From NCBI GenBank assembly GCA_965207225.1, contig CBDBLV010000002.1:128001-192000 (forward strand): 64,000 nt of DNA, read 5' to 3'. Both the position numbers and the translations under genes were made by a program. This DNA comes from Dehalococcoidia bacterium. GTDB taxonomy: Bacteria > Chloroflexota > Dehalococcoidia > Plut-88900. Below the pieces are notes generated by a model, which saw only the letters and a program-made list of their open reading frames with translations, searched no databases and had not been told where the DNA came from. This document shows, one piece after another, positions 9,480-18,895 of the stretch (positions within the stretch are counted from its first letter, which is position 1; every line of letters starts with the position of its first letter).

Positions 9480-10349
9480 TTACTGCGCGAGCTTGGATCG
9501 GATGCCTTCCTCAAACTCGTTCAGAGTAACGGGGGAGCCACCCGTCAGTCCCTCGGTAGCCCTCTCAAGTGTAGTGACGTGGACGCTATCCCTCACGAGT
9601 TTGAAGTGCCCGCTGGCGTGGTCTTCCTCGAAGTCTACGGTGAACCATGCTATGTCTCCGCTCGATAGGTCTCCGACCTCTTCCATGCGCCCCAGGGACT
9701 CGTAGAAGTGCTTGTCTACCACTACCACCATCTTCTTGCCCCATCGACGGAGCGTAGGCACCTTGATCTGCAACTGGGGCATCAGACGCTTCGGACCACT
9801 ACTCCGGTAGTCGGGTCGTCGCGTCTGGCCTGGGAAGGGCGGCTGATCACCCGCGTAGTTTCTAATGTTTCTGAATTCTTCCCCCATGCTCCTACCGGAA
9901 AAGTAAACGGCTTGAATCTCCAGGGCGCACCAATTAAGTGCTGTTGTTCCGTCTTCCTGATTCGCCAGAACCATGTCTATCCGGCCTACGTGCGTGTTTC
10001 CATCCTCGGATTTGAGGAAGCCCACCTCGCTGGCTATGGCGGGCGATGAAGTACCCAAAACCACCTCACCTACCCATCGAAAGATGGTCATATCCTCCTC
10101 AAATCGCCGGGGACACAGAACCCTCAATCCGGCCTCAGTGCCCGATACTGGAGTAGCAACGCCATCATCGTCTTCGTATAGCCTGAACGAACAGACCCCA
10201 CCGATCTTCGTGCATGATCCCCCACCCATCCGAAAGGGGCATGGCCGGGAACCGGTCCCGGCGGCATATGCCCGGCGTTCGTCCCGCGTCAGCCCGACGA
10301 ATGAATGTCCGTACCATTCTCCTATGCCGAAGCGTCGAGGTTGAGTCAT
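9480..10349 (-). CDS. NotI-family restriction endonuclease
   Basis: CPF..C.K..GVC..CPRRF Cys4 motif; IDMVL..LEIQAVY; PDYRSSGPKRLMPQL. Confidence 0.85.
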   Translation of the reverse strand: MTQPRRFGIGEWYGHSFVGLTRDERRAYAAGTGSRPCPFRMGGGSCTKIGGVCSFRLYEDDDGVATPVSGTEAGLRVLCPRRFEEDMTIFRWVGEVVLGTSSPAIASEVGFLKSEDGNTHVGRIDMVLANQEDGTTALNWCALEIQAVYFSGRSMGEEFRNIRNYAGDQPPFPGQTRRPDYRSSGPKRLMPQLQIKVPTLRRWGKKMVVVVDKHFYESLGRMEEVGDLSSGDIAWFTVDFEEDHASGHFKLVRDSVHVTTLERATEGLTGGSPVTLNEFEEGIRSKLAQ

Positions 10350-11323
10350 GACGTCAGCTCGTGCGACGTGATTAGCAACTCGTACATCACTGCATGGTGG
10401 GTGTTCTTCATTGCGACCTTGGCCACATGGAATCCTCGCCTGCGCGCCATCTCGATCACGTCGGAACTCTCGTCGTAGGTCATCATGAAGACGCCTCGTA
10501 CCTGTGACATCCGCTTGAACAGTTCCTCGTGGTCGATTTCGTTGTACGTGTACAGTCGCCTCCCCGCCTGCTTACCGGCGGCGGTGTAGGGAGGATCAAT
10601 GAAGAATGCGGTTGCCTCGTTGTACTTGCAGAGTTCCACGAGGCTCACACCATCCCCTTGGAAAAAGTCAAACCGGTCTGCATAGTTCCCGATTGCGCGG
10701 ATACGTGCGGCCAAGGTGTCGGCGTACCAGCGAGAGGAGATCCCATGCCCGTTCTCTCCCTCCTTCATCACCGAGGCACCCTTGGCTAGGATGCCGCCCC
10801 GACTTACTCTGTTCCGCAACAGGGTGCGAAATGCGGCGTCCATACCGCACATCCCCGCATCCGCGAATACCTTGCTCACGTTCTCAGGAGTTGCTTCGAA
10901 ACCCTGCACGCGCTGCGCCAATTCCTCGGCGTCGTCGAGCATGCACTGCCACAGATTGGATATGTCCGGGTCCCTCTCGCAGAGCACTGCACGGTCCACG
11001 TAGTCGTCCATGACTGCCGTTAGGGATGCGATCCCGCCACCGGCGAACGGCTCGACGAATACCTCTGGGCGAAAGTCGAGGCCGTCAAGGTACTTCCTGA
11101 TTTCGGGCACGAGCCACGTCTTACCGCCTGGGTAGCGCAGGGGACTCCGCTGCGGGACTGACGCAACGTTTACCGCTTTGTCGGATAGAACCGGAATAAC
11201 TTGCGCGAACTCCGATTTTGTACAGACTGCGGCAATTGCGCCCTTCAATTCGGTCGTGGCGTTCGTTGGCGACAACCTGGCGCTTTGGTTTACTGTCGAC
11301 CTATTTGTTGGGGTCACTGTCAT
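10346..11323 (-). CDS. Dam/D12-class DNA adenine methyltransferase
   Basis: SPLRYPGGKTWL, EPFAGG and DPPY; overlaps the nuclease start by 4 bp. Confidence 0.9.
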   Translation of the reverse strand: MTVTPTNRSTVNQSARLSPTNATTELKGAIAAVCTKSEFAQVIPVLSDKAVNVASVPQRSPLRYPGGKTWLVPEIRKYLDGLDFRPEVFVEPFAGGGIASLTAVMDDYVDRAVLCERDPDISNLWQCMLDDAEELAQRVQGFEATPENVSKVFADAGMCGMDAAFRTLLRNRVSRGGILAKGASVMKEGENGHGISSRWYADTLAARIRAIGNYADRFDFFQGDGVSLVELCKYNEATAFFIDPPYTAAGKQAGRRLYTYNEIDHEELFKRMSQVRGVFMMTYDESSDVIEMARRRGFHVAKVAMKNTHHAVMYELLITSHELTS

Positions 11324-11547
11324 TGGCGGTGAATACCCTCTCCAGCAATATGGGCAACATATCTGTGTGCCATCCTCAACTTACTAGAATCTATCTTGTC
11401 TGGCCTCCAACGGTAGTGCGGGTCCCTGCAAGTCAGTCAGCTTGTGCCACCCCTCAGCAGGTGTCTCCATGGCCTTTCTAAGGATGGCAATCAACTCTTG
11501 GCATCCATCTACGTCTTAGGAACCTCTCAGAGTTCTTTCCCACTCTA

Positions 11548-11934
11548 CTACGTCCTCGGCTGCTGGGTAGTCGATGGCGTCCATTGGCTCACCATGCTTC
11601 TATAGGCTGCTCTCACCATCTGGTCAATGGCGACGGCGGCCTCCTCGCTGAGGTGGGGGTCTGCGTGCAGGCAGGAGGAGATGACCGCCATCGGCTTCGG
11701 CTCTTGTCTGGCGACGGCGCTCTTGACGAAGCGGTCCACCTCCAGCCCCGACCAGGCGGCCAAGGCAGCCAGGCCGTTCACATCGGGGAGTCTGCCCTGG
11801 GCCATGCGGCTCAATGTGGAAGCGCTGATCCCGCACTCCTCCGCCACCTGCCTCCATGTGCATCGACGGGCCTGCCGCTCCGCGTCCAGGGCGGTGAAGA
11901 AGGCCCCTCCGTCGAAGCTCGCTGTCCTAGCCAT
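11548..11934 (-). CDS. XRE-family HTH regulator
   Basis: WRQVAEECGISASTLSRMAQG; ATG at 11934 follows a GAGGAG RBS; divergent from hen1. Confidence 0.85.
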   Translation of the reverse strand: MARTASFDGGAFFTALDAERQARRCTWRQVAEECGISASTLSRMAQGRLPDVNGLAALAAWSGLEVDRFVKSAVARQEPKPMAVISSCLHADPHLSEEAAVAIDQMVRAAYRSMVSQWTPSTTQQPRT

Positions 11935-11981
11935 CGGTCTCTCCTCAGTGTCCCCGTCTACGGGACAATTCCCATCAACGA

Positions 11982-12035
11982 CCGTGATGTTCTCTGGTTG
12001 TTTGATTATCGCAACTGTATAATGGCTTTGCAACA
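11982..12035 (+). promoter_or_regulatory. Sigma70-like promoter/operator, copy 1
   Basis: TATAAT at 12018 flanked by TCGCAAC and TTGCAAC; 27 bp identical to 18315-18341. Confidence 0.65.
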
Positions 12036-12079
12036 TTCGTCAAAACTCAATCAGGTGTCTCGGTCCCACCATTTGAATC

Positions 12080-13480
12080 ATGTTACTCACCATCACGACG
12101 ACGCATCAACCGGCGACGGACCTGGGGTTCCTGCTGCACAAGAACCCCGGTCGATTCCAGTCGTTCAAGCTGTCTTTCGGCAGGGCCGACGTTTTCTATC
12201 CAGAGGCAGACATCCACCGTTGCACGGTGGCGCTTCTGTTGCACATCGACCCGGTGGGTCTGGTGCGCCCGAAGTCCGGGAACCCCAACGCCGGGGACTG
12301 GTTGGGGCAATACGTGAACGACCGTCCCTACGTGGCCTCATCGCACATGAGCGTGGCGATTGCCTCGGTGTTTGGCAGCGCGCTGGCGGGCAAGAGCGCT
12401 GAACGACCGGAACTTGCCGACTTGGTCATACCGCTGGAAGCCGATGTCCCCGTGATGCCCTCTGCGGATGGGCCGGACCTCATCAGGCGCTTGTTCGAGC
12501 CGCTGGGCTACGACCTTGACATCTCCAGTCAGCCGTTGGATGAGCGTTTCCCTGAGTGGGGACACGGCCCGTACTACGGCGTCCGCCTTTCGTCGAATAT
12601 CCGGCTCAGGGACCTGCTCGCCCATCTCTACGTGCTCTTGCCCGTCCTGGACGACGAAAAGCACTACTGGGTAGGCGACGACGAGGTGGCTAAGCTGCTG
12701 CGCTTCGGCGAGGTGTGGCTGGGCAGTCATCCTCTGCGGGAACTCATCTCGCGCTGCTACCTGAAGCATCAGCGCAGCCTGGTAAGCCAGGCGCTGGCCC
12801 AACTGTTGGACGCGGGGTCGGCTGACCCGGGCGTTGTGGCCGCAAGGCATGAACAGGAAGAGGAACAGCTCAAAGTGCCCCTTCGACTGGGTGAGCAGCG
12901 CATTCAGGCGGTGCTCAAGGCGCTCCGCGACATGGGAGCGGCCAGTGTGCTCGACCTCGGCTGCGGCGAGGGAAAGTTCATCGAGGCTCTACTCGGAGAG
13001 TCTTCGGTTCGTTCGATCACGGGTTTGGATGTCTCACACCGGGCTTTGGAAACGGCGGCCCGCCGGTTGCGCCTCGACACCCTGCCCCCGCGCCAGCGGG
13101 AGCGCATCACTCTCCTGCAAGGCTCCCTCACCTACAGGGACAAGCGCCTCGCGGGGCACGATGCCGCCGTCGCCATGGAGGTGATAGAGCACATCGACCC
13201 CACGCGGCTTGACGCCTTCGAGGACGCCGTTTTCGGGAATGCCAGGCCCGGCGCCGTCCTCATAACGACGCCGAATGCGGAGTACAACTCGCTGTTCGAA
13301 GGACTGGCCGGCGGCGCGTTCAGGCACGGAGACCATCGTTTCGAGTGGACACGAGGAGAATTCCAAGACTGGTCGCGGCAGGTTGCGGACCGCCGCAAGT
13401 ACGACGTGATCTTCCAGGACATCGGCCCCGTCCACCCAGCGCACGGAGCGCCGACCCAGATGGGGGTCTTCACGCGATGA
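12080..13480 (+). CDS. hen1: 3' terminal RNA ribose 2'-O-methyltransferase Hen1
   Basis: MLLTITTT..ATDLGFLLHKNP, QYVNDRPY, KHYWV, DLGCGEG, EVIEH and DHRFEW. Confidence 0.97.
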   Translation: MLLTITTTHQPATDLGFLLHKNPGRFQSFKLSFGRADVFYPEADIHRCTVALLLHIDPVGLVRPKSGNPNAGDWLGQYVNDRPYVASSHMSVAIASVFGSALAGKSAERPELADLVIPLEADVPVMPSADGPDLIRRLFEPLGYDLDISSQPLDERFPEWGHGPYYGVRLSSNIRLRDLLAHLYVLLPVLDDEKHYWVGDDEVAKLLRFGEVWLGSHPLRELISRCYLKHQRSLVSQALAQLLDAGSADPGVVAARHEQEEEQLKVPLRLGEQRIQAVLKALRDMGAASVLDLGCGEGKFIEALLGESSVRSITGLDVSHRALETAARRLRLDTLPPRQRERITLLQGSLTYRDKRLAGHDAAVAMEVIEHIDPTRLDAFEDAVFGNARPGAVLITTPNAEYNSLFEGLAGGAFRHGDHRFEWTRGEFQDWSRQVADRRKYDVIFQDIGPVHPAHGAPTQMGVFTR

Positions 13481-16050
13481 ACATCGCCATTCCTGAGCTG
13501 TGTCTCGTCGCGCTCATCGGCCCCACCGGTTCGGGGAAGTCCCACTTTGCCTCCCGGCACTTCAAGCCCACCGAAGTCGTGTCGTCGGACGATTGCCGGG
13601 CGATGGTGGCCGACGACGCCAACGACCAGTCGGCCACCCCCGACGCCTTTGCGCTGCTCAACTTCATCGCGGCGACACGTTTGAGATCCGGCCGTCTCAC
13701 TGTCATTGACGCCACCAGCGTCCAGCCGGAGGCGCGGAAGTCCCTCGTGGAACTGGCCAGGGAGCATGACTGCCTGCCGGCGGCCATCGTCCTGAACATG
13801 CCCGAGGCCCTATGCCTGGCCCGCAACAGAGAGCGCCCCGACCGCCAATTTGGGGGTCGCGTGGTGCGCCAGCAGGCCCAGCAGCTCAGGCGGTCGCTTC
13901 GCCGTCTGAAGCGCGAGGGCTTCCGGCATGTGTTCGTGCTCAACTCTCCCGAAGAGGTTGACTCCGCAACCGTTCAGCGGACGCCCATGTGGGTCAACCT
14001 GCGCCACGAGCGCGGCCCGTTCGACATCATCGGCGATGTCCACGGATGTTTCGATGAGCTCCTCGCCCTCCTGGAACGCTTAGGCTATGAGGTTGAGACC
14101 CGCACCGAGTCCGACGGCGGTATCGGATATTCAGCAACCCATCCTCAGGGACGAAGGGCCGTGTTCGTCGGCGACCTCGTGGACCGGGGCCCCGGCGTCG
14201 TCAGGGTGCTCAAGCTCGTGATGTCGATGGTGGCCCAGGGTACGGCCCTCTGCGTGGCCGGCAACCACGAGTCCAAGCTCGCCCGCAAGCTACAGGGCAG
14301 GAACGTTCAGGTGACCCACGGACTGGCGGAGTCGCTGGCGCAACTGGACATGGAGTCCGAAGTGTTCCGACAACAGGCTCTTGCCTTCCTGGATGGGCTC
14401 ATCAGCCACTACGTGCTCGACGACGGGGACCTGGCGGTGGCCCACGCGGGCATCAAGTCGGAGTACCAGGGACGCGCCTCGGCACGTGTCCGGGACTTCT
14501 GCCTGTACGGAGAGACCACCGGGGAGAAGGACGAATTCGGACTCCCGATACGCGCCAACTGGGCGGCCGAGTATCGGGGGAAGGCCACGGTTGTCTACGG
14601 CCATACCGCCGTTGTGGAACCAGAGTGGCTCAACCGCACCATCAACATCGATACCGGCTGCGTGTTCGGCGGAAAGCTGACCGCGCTCCGGTATCCCGAG
14701 AAGGAGCTCGTGTCGGTTCCGGCGGCGCAAGTCTACTACGAGCCGGTCAGACCACTGGCCCAATCCGTACCGCCGGAGGAGGCCACTAGGTCAACTGTGA
14801 ACCGCTCGGCGAACCTTCTCGACATCGATGACGTGATCGGCAAGCGTGTCGTCTCGACCCGGCTGCGAGGGAATGTCACGGTGCGGGAGGAGAACGCTGC
14901 TGCGGCGCTTGAGGTGATGAGCCGGTTCGCCCTGGACCCGCGCTGGCTCGTCTACCTTCCGCCCACGATTTCCCCTTCCGAGACCTCCATACTCCCCGGC
15001 CTGCTGGAGCATCCAGCCGAGGCATTCACCTACTACCGGAATGCTGGCGTGTCCGAGGTGGTCTGCGAGGAGAAGCACATGGGTTCACGGGCCGTCGTCG
15101 TGGTTGGGCGGGACGTCTCTGCCATAGAGCGGCGCTTCGGCATCAACGGCGAGGGCGTCGGCGCCTGCTACACGCGGACGGGGCGGAGGTTCTTCGGAGA
15201 CCGCGCCCTGGAGTCGGCGTTCATGGAACGCGTTCGCAGGGGTATTTCGGAGGCTGGCCTGTGGGACGAGCTGGAGACGGACTGGGTGGTGCTGGACAGC
15301 GAAATCATGCCGTGGTCCCTCAAGGCGCATGAGCTGCTCAGCGACCAGTATGCCGCGGTCGGCGCGGCTGCTCGGACCAGCCTGACGGCCGCCGAATCCC
15401 TCCTCCGGCAGACGGCTTCTCGCGGTATTGCGGTGGCCGACGCCGTGGCCGGAGTTGAAGACAGGCTCGACCTGGTCCAGCTCTACGGCGACGCCTACGC
15501 CCGGTACTGCTGGCCGGTCGAATCGCTCGCCGATATCCAGTTCGCGCCATTCCACCTTCTCGCCAGCGAAGGACGAATGCACACCGACAAGGACCACCTT
15601 TGGCACATGAAGATGGCCACGCGCCTGCATGAGGCTGATCCGGCGTTTTTCCGGGACACCCGGCACAAGGTTGTACGACTGGACCAGTCGGATGAGTCTG
15701 AGGCCACCGGCTGGTGGGAGGAGATGACGAGTACAGGCGGCGAGGGTATGGTCGTCAAGCCGTTGGACTTTGTGTCGAGAGGCAAGCGCGGCCTGGTGCA
15801 GCCCGCCGTCAAGTGCAGGGGCACCGAATACCTGCGCATCATCTACGGACCCGAGTACACGCTGCCGAAGAACCTGGAGCGTCTGCGGAACCGGAACATC
15901 TCCGCAAAAAGGTCTCTGGCCCTTCGCGAGTTCGCGCTTGGCGTTGAGGGTCTCCAGCGGTTCGTCGAACGAGAGCCCCTCTACCGGGTGCATGAGTGCG
16001 CCTTCGGCGTGCTCGCCCTTGAGAGCGAGCCGGTCGATCCGAGGCTATGA
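13477..16050 (+). CDS. pnkp: Polynucleotide kinase-phosphatase-ligase Pnkp
   Basis: P-loop GPTGSGKS; GDVHG, GDLVDRG and GNHE phosphoesterase motifs; EEKHMGSR ligase; ends EPVDPRL; ATGA overlap with hen1. Confidence 0.97.
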   Translation: MNIAIPELCLVALIGPTGSGKSHFASRHFKPTEVVSSDDCRAMVADDANDQSATPDAFALLNFIAATRLRSGRLTVIDATSVQPEARKSLVELAREHDCLPAAIVLNMPEALCLARNRERPDRQFGGRVVRQQAQQLRRSLRRLKREGFRHVFVLNSPEEVDSATVQRTPMWVNLRHERGPFDIIGDVHGCFDELLALLERLGYEVETRTESDGGIGYSATHPQGRRAVFVGDLVDRGPGVVRVLKLVMSMVAQGTALCVAGNHESKLARKLQGRNVQVTHGLAESLAQLDMESEVFRQQALAFLDGLISHYVLDDGDLAVAHAGIKSEYQGRASARVRDFCLYGETTGEKDEFGLPIRANWAAEYRGKATVVYGHTAVVEPEWLNRTINIDTGCVFGGKLTALRYPEKELVSVPAAQVYYEPVRPLAQSVPPEEATRSTVNRSANLLDIDDVIGKRVVSTRLRGNVTVREENAAAALEVMSRFALDPRWLVYLPPTISPSETSILPGLLEHPAEAFTYYRNAGVSEVVCEEKHMGSRAVVVVGRDVSAIERRFGINGEGVGACYTRTGRRFFGDRALESAFMERVRRGISEAGLWDELETDWVVLDSEIMPWSLKAHELLSDQYAAVGAAARTSLTAAESLLRQTASRGIAVADAVAGVEDRLDLVQLYGDAYARYCWPVESLADIQFAPFHLLASEGRMHTDKDHLWHMKMATRLHEADPAFFRDTRHKVVRLDQSDESEATGWWEEMTSTGGEGMVVKPLDFVSRGKRGLVQPAVKCRGTEYLRIIYGPEYTLPKNLERLRNRNISAKRSLALREFALGVEGLQRFVEREPLYRVHECAFGVLALESEPVDPRL

Positions 16051-16298
16051 ACGCGCACCTACCAGCGCCAAGTCGAAATGATGTGGAGATTGCATAACCT
16101 TCGGCGTTGTATTGGACATCATCGATGGCGAGCCAATACTGCGGGACTGGAGGGTCATCAGGGAGTCCTTCTGGCGCAGCCGAGTCGGGCGGTTCCCGGA
16201 GAGAACAGGCACAGGGAACTTCGTCGGTCAGCAGGAGCATCGTGAACACACATGGACAGAGGTATTGACTAGTGGACCTACAGGTTGAGAGGCAAGCG

Positions 16299-16946
16299 AT
16301 GACGACGCTCTTCATTCTATTATTCGCAACGTTGACGCCCGCCGCCGTACTACTGGGTGCAGGATCGTGGATGGTCAAGAGGCTACGGGGAGACGTGGGC
16401 CGTGCGCTGGGCGTCATATGCATTGTCCTTGGCCTACTGCTGGTGATAGTGGCCGTCCTACTTGTTTTTCTGGTTCAGACTTCTATCGAAGAAGGGTCGG
16501 GAGTCACTGAGCCTAACCTTCAAGCTTCCCAGACCGAGAGACATCCAACACCGCCGCTTCCTCAAGCGTTCCTTGAATACGATGGTCGCCAGCATCGCGG
16601 ATGGAGGGGGTCCTACTGCTGGCCGGTAGGCGGAAGCAGCATTGTTTGCTCAGACAGCGTGGGGTGGGAGGGCTTTGACAAGGCATCTTCTGTAGTGGTG
16701 GAGCGGGGAAGCGGGTTCAAGATCGTCACTTCAGAGAGCACTCTCCCTGAGCAGGTACGCGTTGAGGTATTCACTGCCCTGGGAACAGAACCGAACATGA
16801 TGCCGAGAGGAGAGCCAGTCTACTTGACTGACGTGCGGGAGGTGCCCGCGCTTGATCTACCGGCAGGTGTTTACTTTGTCAGCGCATTCTTTGGATTCCA
16901 TTTTGGAGACGTTGCCCACGGTTTCAGAGTGGAGATCGTTGAGTAG
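16299..16946 (+). CDS. Membrane-anchored hypothetical protein
   Basis: Two N-terminal hydrophobic helices, then a soluble domain with GSYCW. Confidence 0.7.
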   Translation: MTTLFILLFATLTPAAVLLGAGSWMVKRLRGDVGRALGVICIVLGLLLVIVAVLLVFLVQTSIEEGSGVTEPNLQASQTERHPTPPLPQAFLEYDGRQHRGWRGSYCWPVGGSSIVCSDSVGWEGFDKASSVVVERGSGFKIVTSESTLPEQVRVEVFTALGTEPNMMPRGEPVYLTDVREVPALDLPAGVYFVSAFFGFHFGDVAHGFRVEIVE

Positions 16947-16980
16947 GTACAGTTCCAATTCGCCGGGAGGGGGCACTCCT

Positions 16981-18291
16981 TTGGAATCCTGCCAAGGATC
17001 CACAACATACGATGCTGGAGGTTCTCCGGGAGGGACTCGGGCCTCAATACCGTCCTCTCGTACGGAAGAACCGGACTGGAACGCGGGACGCGGAACCAGA
17101 GCGGCATTGGTGGGTGCCGTCATGGGCCTCGTCCCTGCGATGGTACTCGGCTCTCTTCGGTTCCTGCTGGCTGAGGGACCGGAGCGCACAGAAGAGCTTG
17201 TGGGCAACATCGCCATCGCCCTTGTCTACACCTCCCCCTATGTGCTTACTCTCATAGTGTCTAGGGAGAAATCGCCGGCGCTTCGTGGCGGCCTTCTGTC
17301 AGCGCTCGGCCTGTTGTCATTCGTAGCGAGCTTCTCGGCAATGTCGCTGATCTCCTTAGTCCTACTACCGGCGACCTTCGTGATCTGGTTCGCCGCAGTT
17401 AGAAGCCTTACTGCTTCGGTTCGTCCAATGGTAATGACCTTCCTCGGAACTCTGGCAGGGCTTCTCGTCGCCGTGACGGTCGGCTTTAGTTTCTTCGCCC
17501 AGTTCGGAATCCAGGACGACGAGGACCGATGTTGGGTCCTGTCTCACGACTCCGATGGACAGTCACGCTGGGAGTCTCGGCCAAATGTCGGGGGGCCTGG
17601 GGGCCTCAGTGCCGGACCCCTGAGCGGCGGCCCCGCGATGGTGACCTACGACGGTGGTGTAACGTGGCAGAGAGTTGGCCCCTTGGTAAGCTCCCGAGGC
17701 CACTGTACCAGCGACATCATCTCCAACACCGAAGCCTTCATGAGCATGGGGATCCTGGCGGTTGCATTCCTTGGCACGGTTTTGATACTGAGGATTGGAC
17801 GCGATTCGCGCCGTTTGATCCTGCCTAACTGGCAACTGCCTAGGTGCATTGTCAGGTGTGTGATGCTCGGGGTAAGACGTACCAGCAAGAGTCTAACAAG
17901 GGTCGTCCTGGGACTGGGACGGTGGCAGTACCTCGTAGGCACCCTTGCGGTAGGCTTGCTAGCTTTTGCCATTATGGAAATTAACACTGCCTACCTACGG
18001 GACTTTCTGTCCGTGAGTATATACGGGACGAGGCCTCACAGGATACCGTGCGACGATTGGCCCACGCGTGACGAGGTAGAGCAGACCCTCAAACAACATA
18101 CCGGAGTGATTCGCAGGATAGAGTTTATCGGGTCTGGAAGTGTCGATCTTTCAATCAATACTTGGAGTTGCCCTGGCAAAGCAGAACTCTATATCTACTA
18201 CCCGGCAAAGCGTCACATCAAGACGATAAGGACGATAATCGGAAATGAGAAGTATTTCTTCGGCGTCCCATACACCTTGAGGAATTACTGA
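16981..18291 (+). CDS. Multi-pass membrane protein with a soluble C-terminal domain (start uncertain)
   Basis: Long ORF with about 7 hydrophobic segments; may be a fusion of two genes. Confidence 0.6.
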   Translation: MESCQGSTTYDAGGSPGGTRASIPSSRTEEPDWNAGRGTRAALVGAVMGLVPAMVLGSLRFLLAEGPERTEELVGNIAIALVYTSPYVLTLIVSREKSPALRGGLLSALGLLSFVASFSAMSLISLVLLPATFVIWFAAVRSLTASVRPMVMTFLGTLAGLLVAVTVGFSFFAQFGIQDDEDRCWVLSHDSDGQSRWESRPNVGGPGGLSAGPLSGGPAMVTYDGGVTWQRVGPLVSSRGHCTSDIISNTEAFMSMGILAVAFLGTVLILRIGRDSRRLILPNWQLPRCIVRCVMLGVRRTSKSLTRVVLGLGRWQYLVGTLAVGLLAFAIMEINTAYLRDFLSVSIYGTRPHRIPCDDWPTRDEVEQTLKQHTGVIRRIEFIGSGSVDLSINTWSCPGKAELYIYYPAKRHIKTIRTIIGNEKYFFGVPYTLRNY

Positions 18292-18302
18292 GCATAGACG
18301 AG

Positions 18303-18356
18303 CCGTGACGCTAGCTGGTTGTTTGATTATCGCAACTGTATGATATGATTGCAACA
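18303..18356 (+). promoter_or_regulatory. Sigma70-like promoter/operator, copy 2
   Basis: CTGGTTGTTTGATTATCGCAACTGTATGAT..TTGCAACA, a near copy of 11982-12035. Confidence 0.65.
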
Positions 18357-18467
18357 AATGGCATGGACGGTGACGACGCTTCGCCTCGTCCGTCAGCAAG
18401 AGTTACGCACGCAGAGACAAGAGCGAGACGCTAAAGACACGACAACACTGAAATAAGGAGGTTGATT

Positions 18468-18788
18468 ATGGCCAAGTACCTGTATCAGGCAAACTACACA
18501 CCGACGGGAATGCAGGGCCTGCTGCGGGAAGGCGGCAGTTCGCGACGTAAGGTCTTCGAAGACATGGGCAGGGAGCAAGGCGGACAACTGGAGGCGTTCT
18601 ACTACGCCTTCGGTGGCGCGGACCTGTACATCATCTTTGACCTGCCCGATGCGGCGACGGCAGCCGCGATCTCCCTTGCCATCACGGCGGGAGGCGCACT
18701 CAGCATCAGTACGGTGCAGCTGCTCACTCCAGAGGAGATCGACGAAGCCACGCAGAAAACGGTGAACTATCGTCCTCCGGGAGCCTGA
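18468..18788 (+). CDS. GYD-domain protein
   Basis: MAKYL..NYT..G..GL..EGG..R, GG.LEAFYYAFG and LLTPEEID; AAGGAGG RBS. Confidence 0.85.
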   Translation: MAKYLYQANYTPTGMQGLLREGGSSRRKVFEDMGREQGGQLEAFYYAFGGADLYIIFDLPDAATAAAISLAITAGGALSISTVQLLTPEEIDEATQKTVNYRPPGA

Positions 18789-18895
18789 CTTCCAACTGAG
18801 ACGTAAAATGGGTGGCGGCTAAGTTCTCTCGGAAGGGTGAACGCTGGTTTGAGGAGGAGCGAGAACGATCCTATTGCCACCCGTGGAGGCAGAGC

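Noticed and set aside
13345-13476. N-terminal extension of Pnkp in the ORF track
   Set aside because: Overlaps hen1; the ATGA-coupled start at 13477 fits the family N-terminus.
16051-16245. Minus-strand stretch PPVPQYWLAIDDVQY resembling PPLPQAFLEYDGRQH of the next gene
   Set aside because: Similarity too short to call a pseudogene without an alignment.
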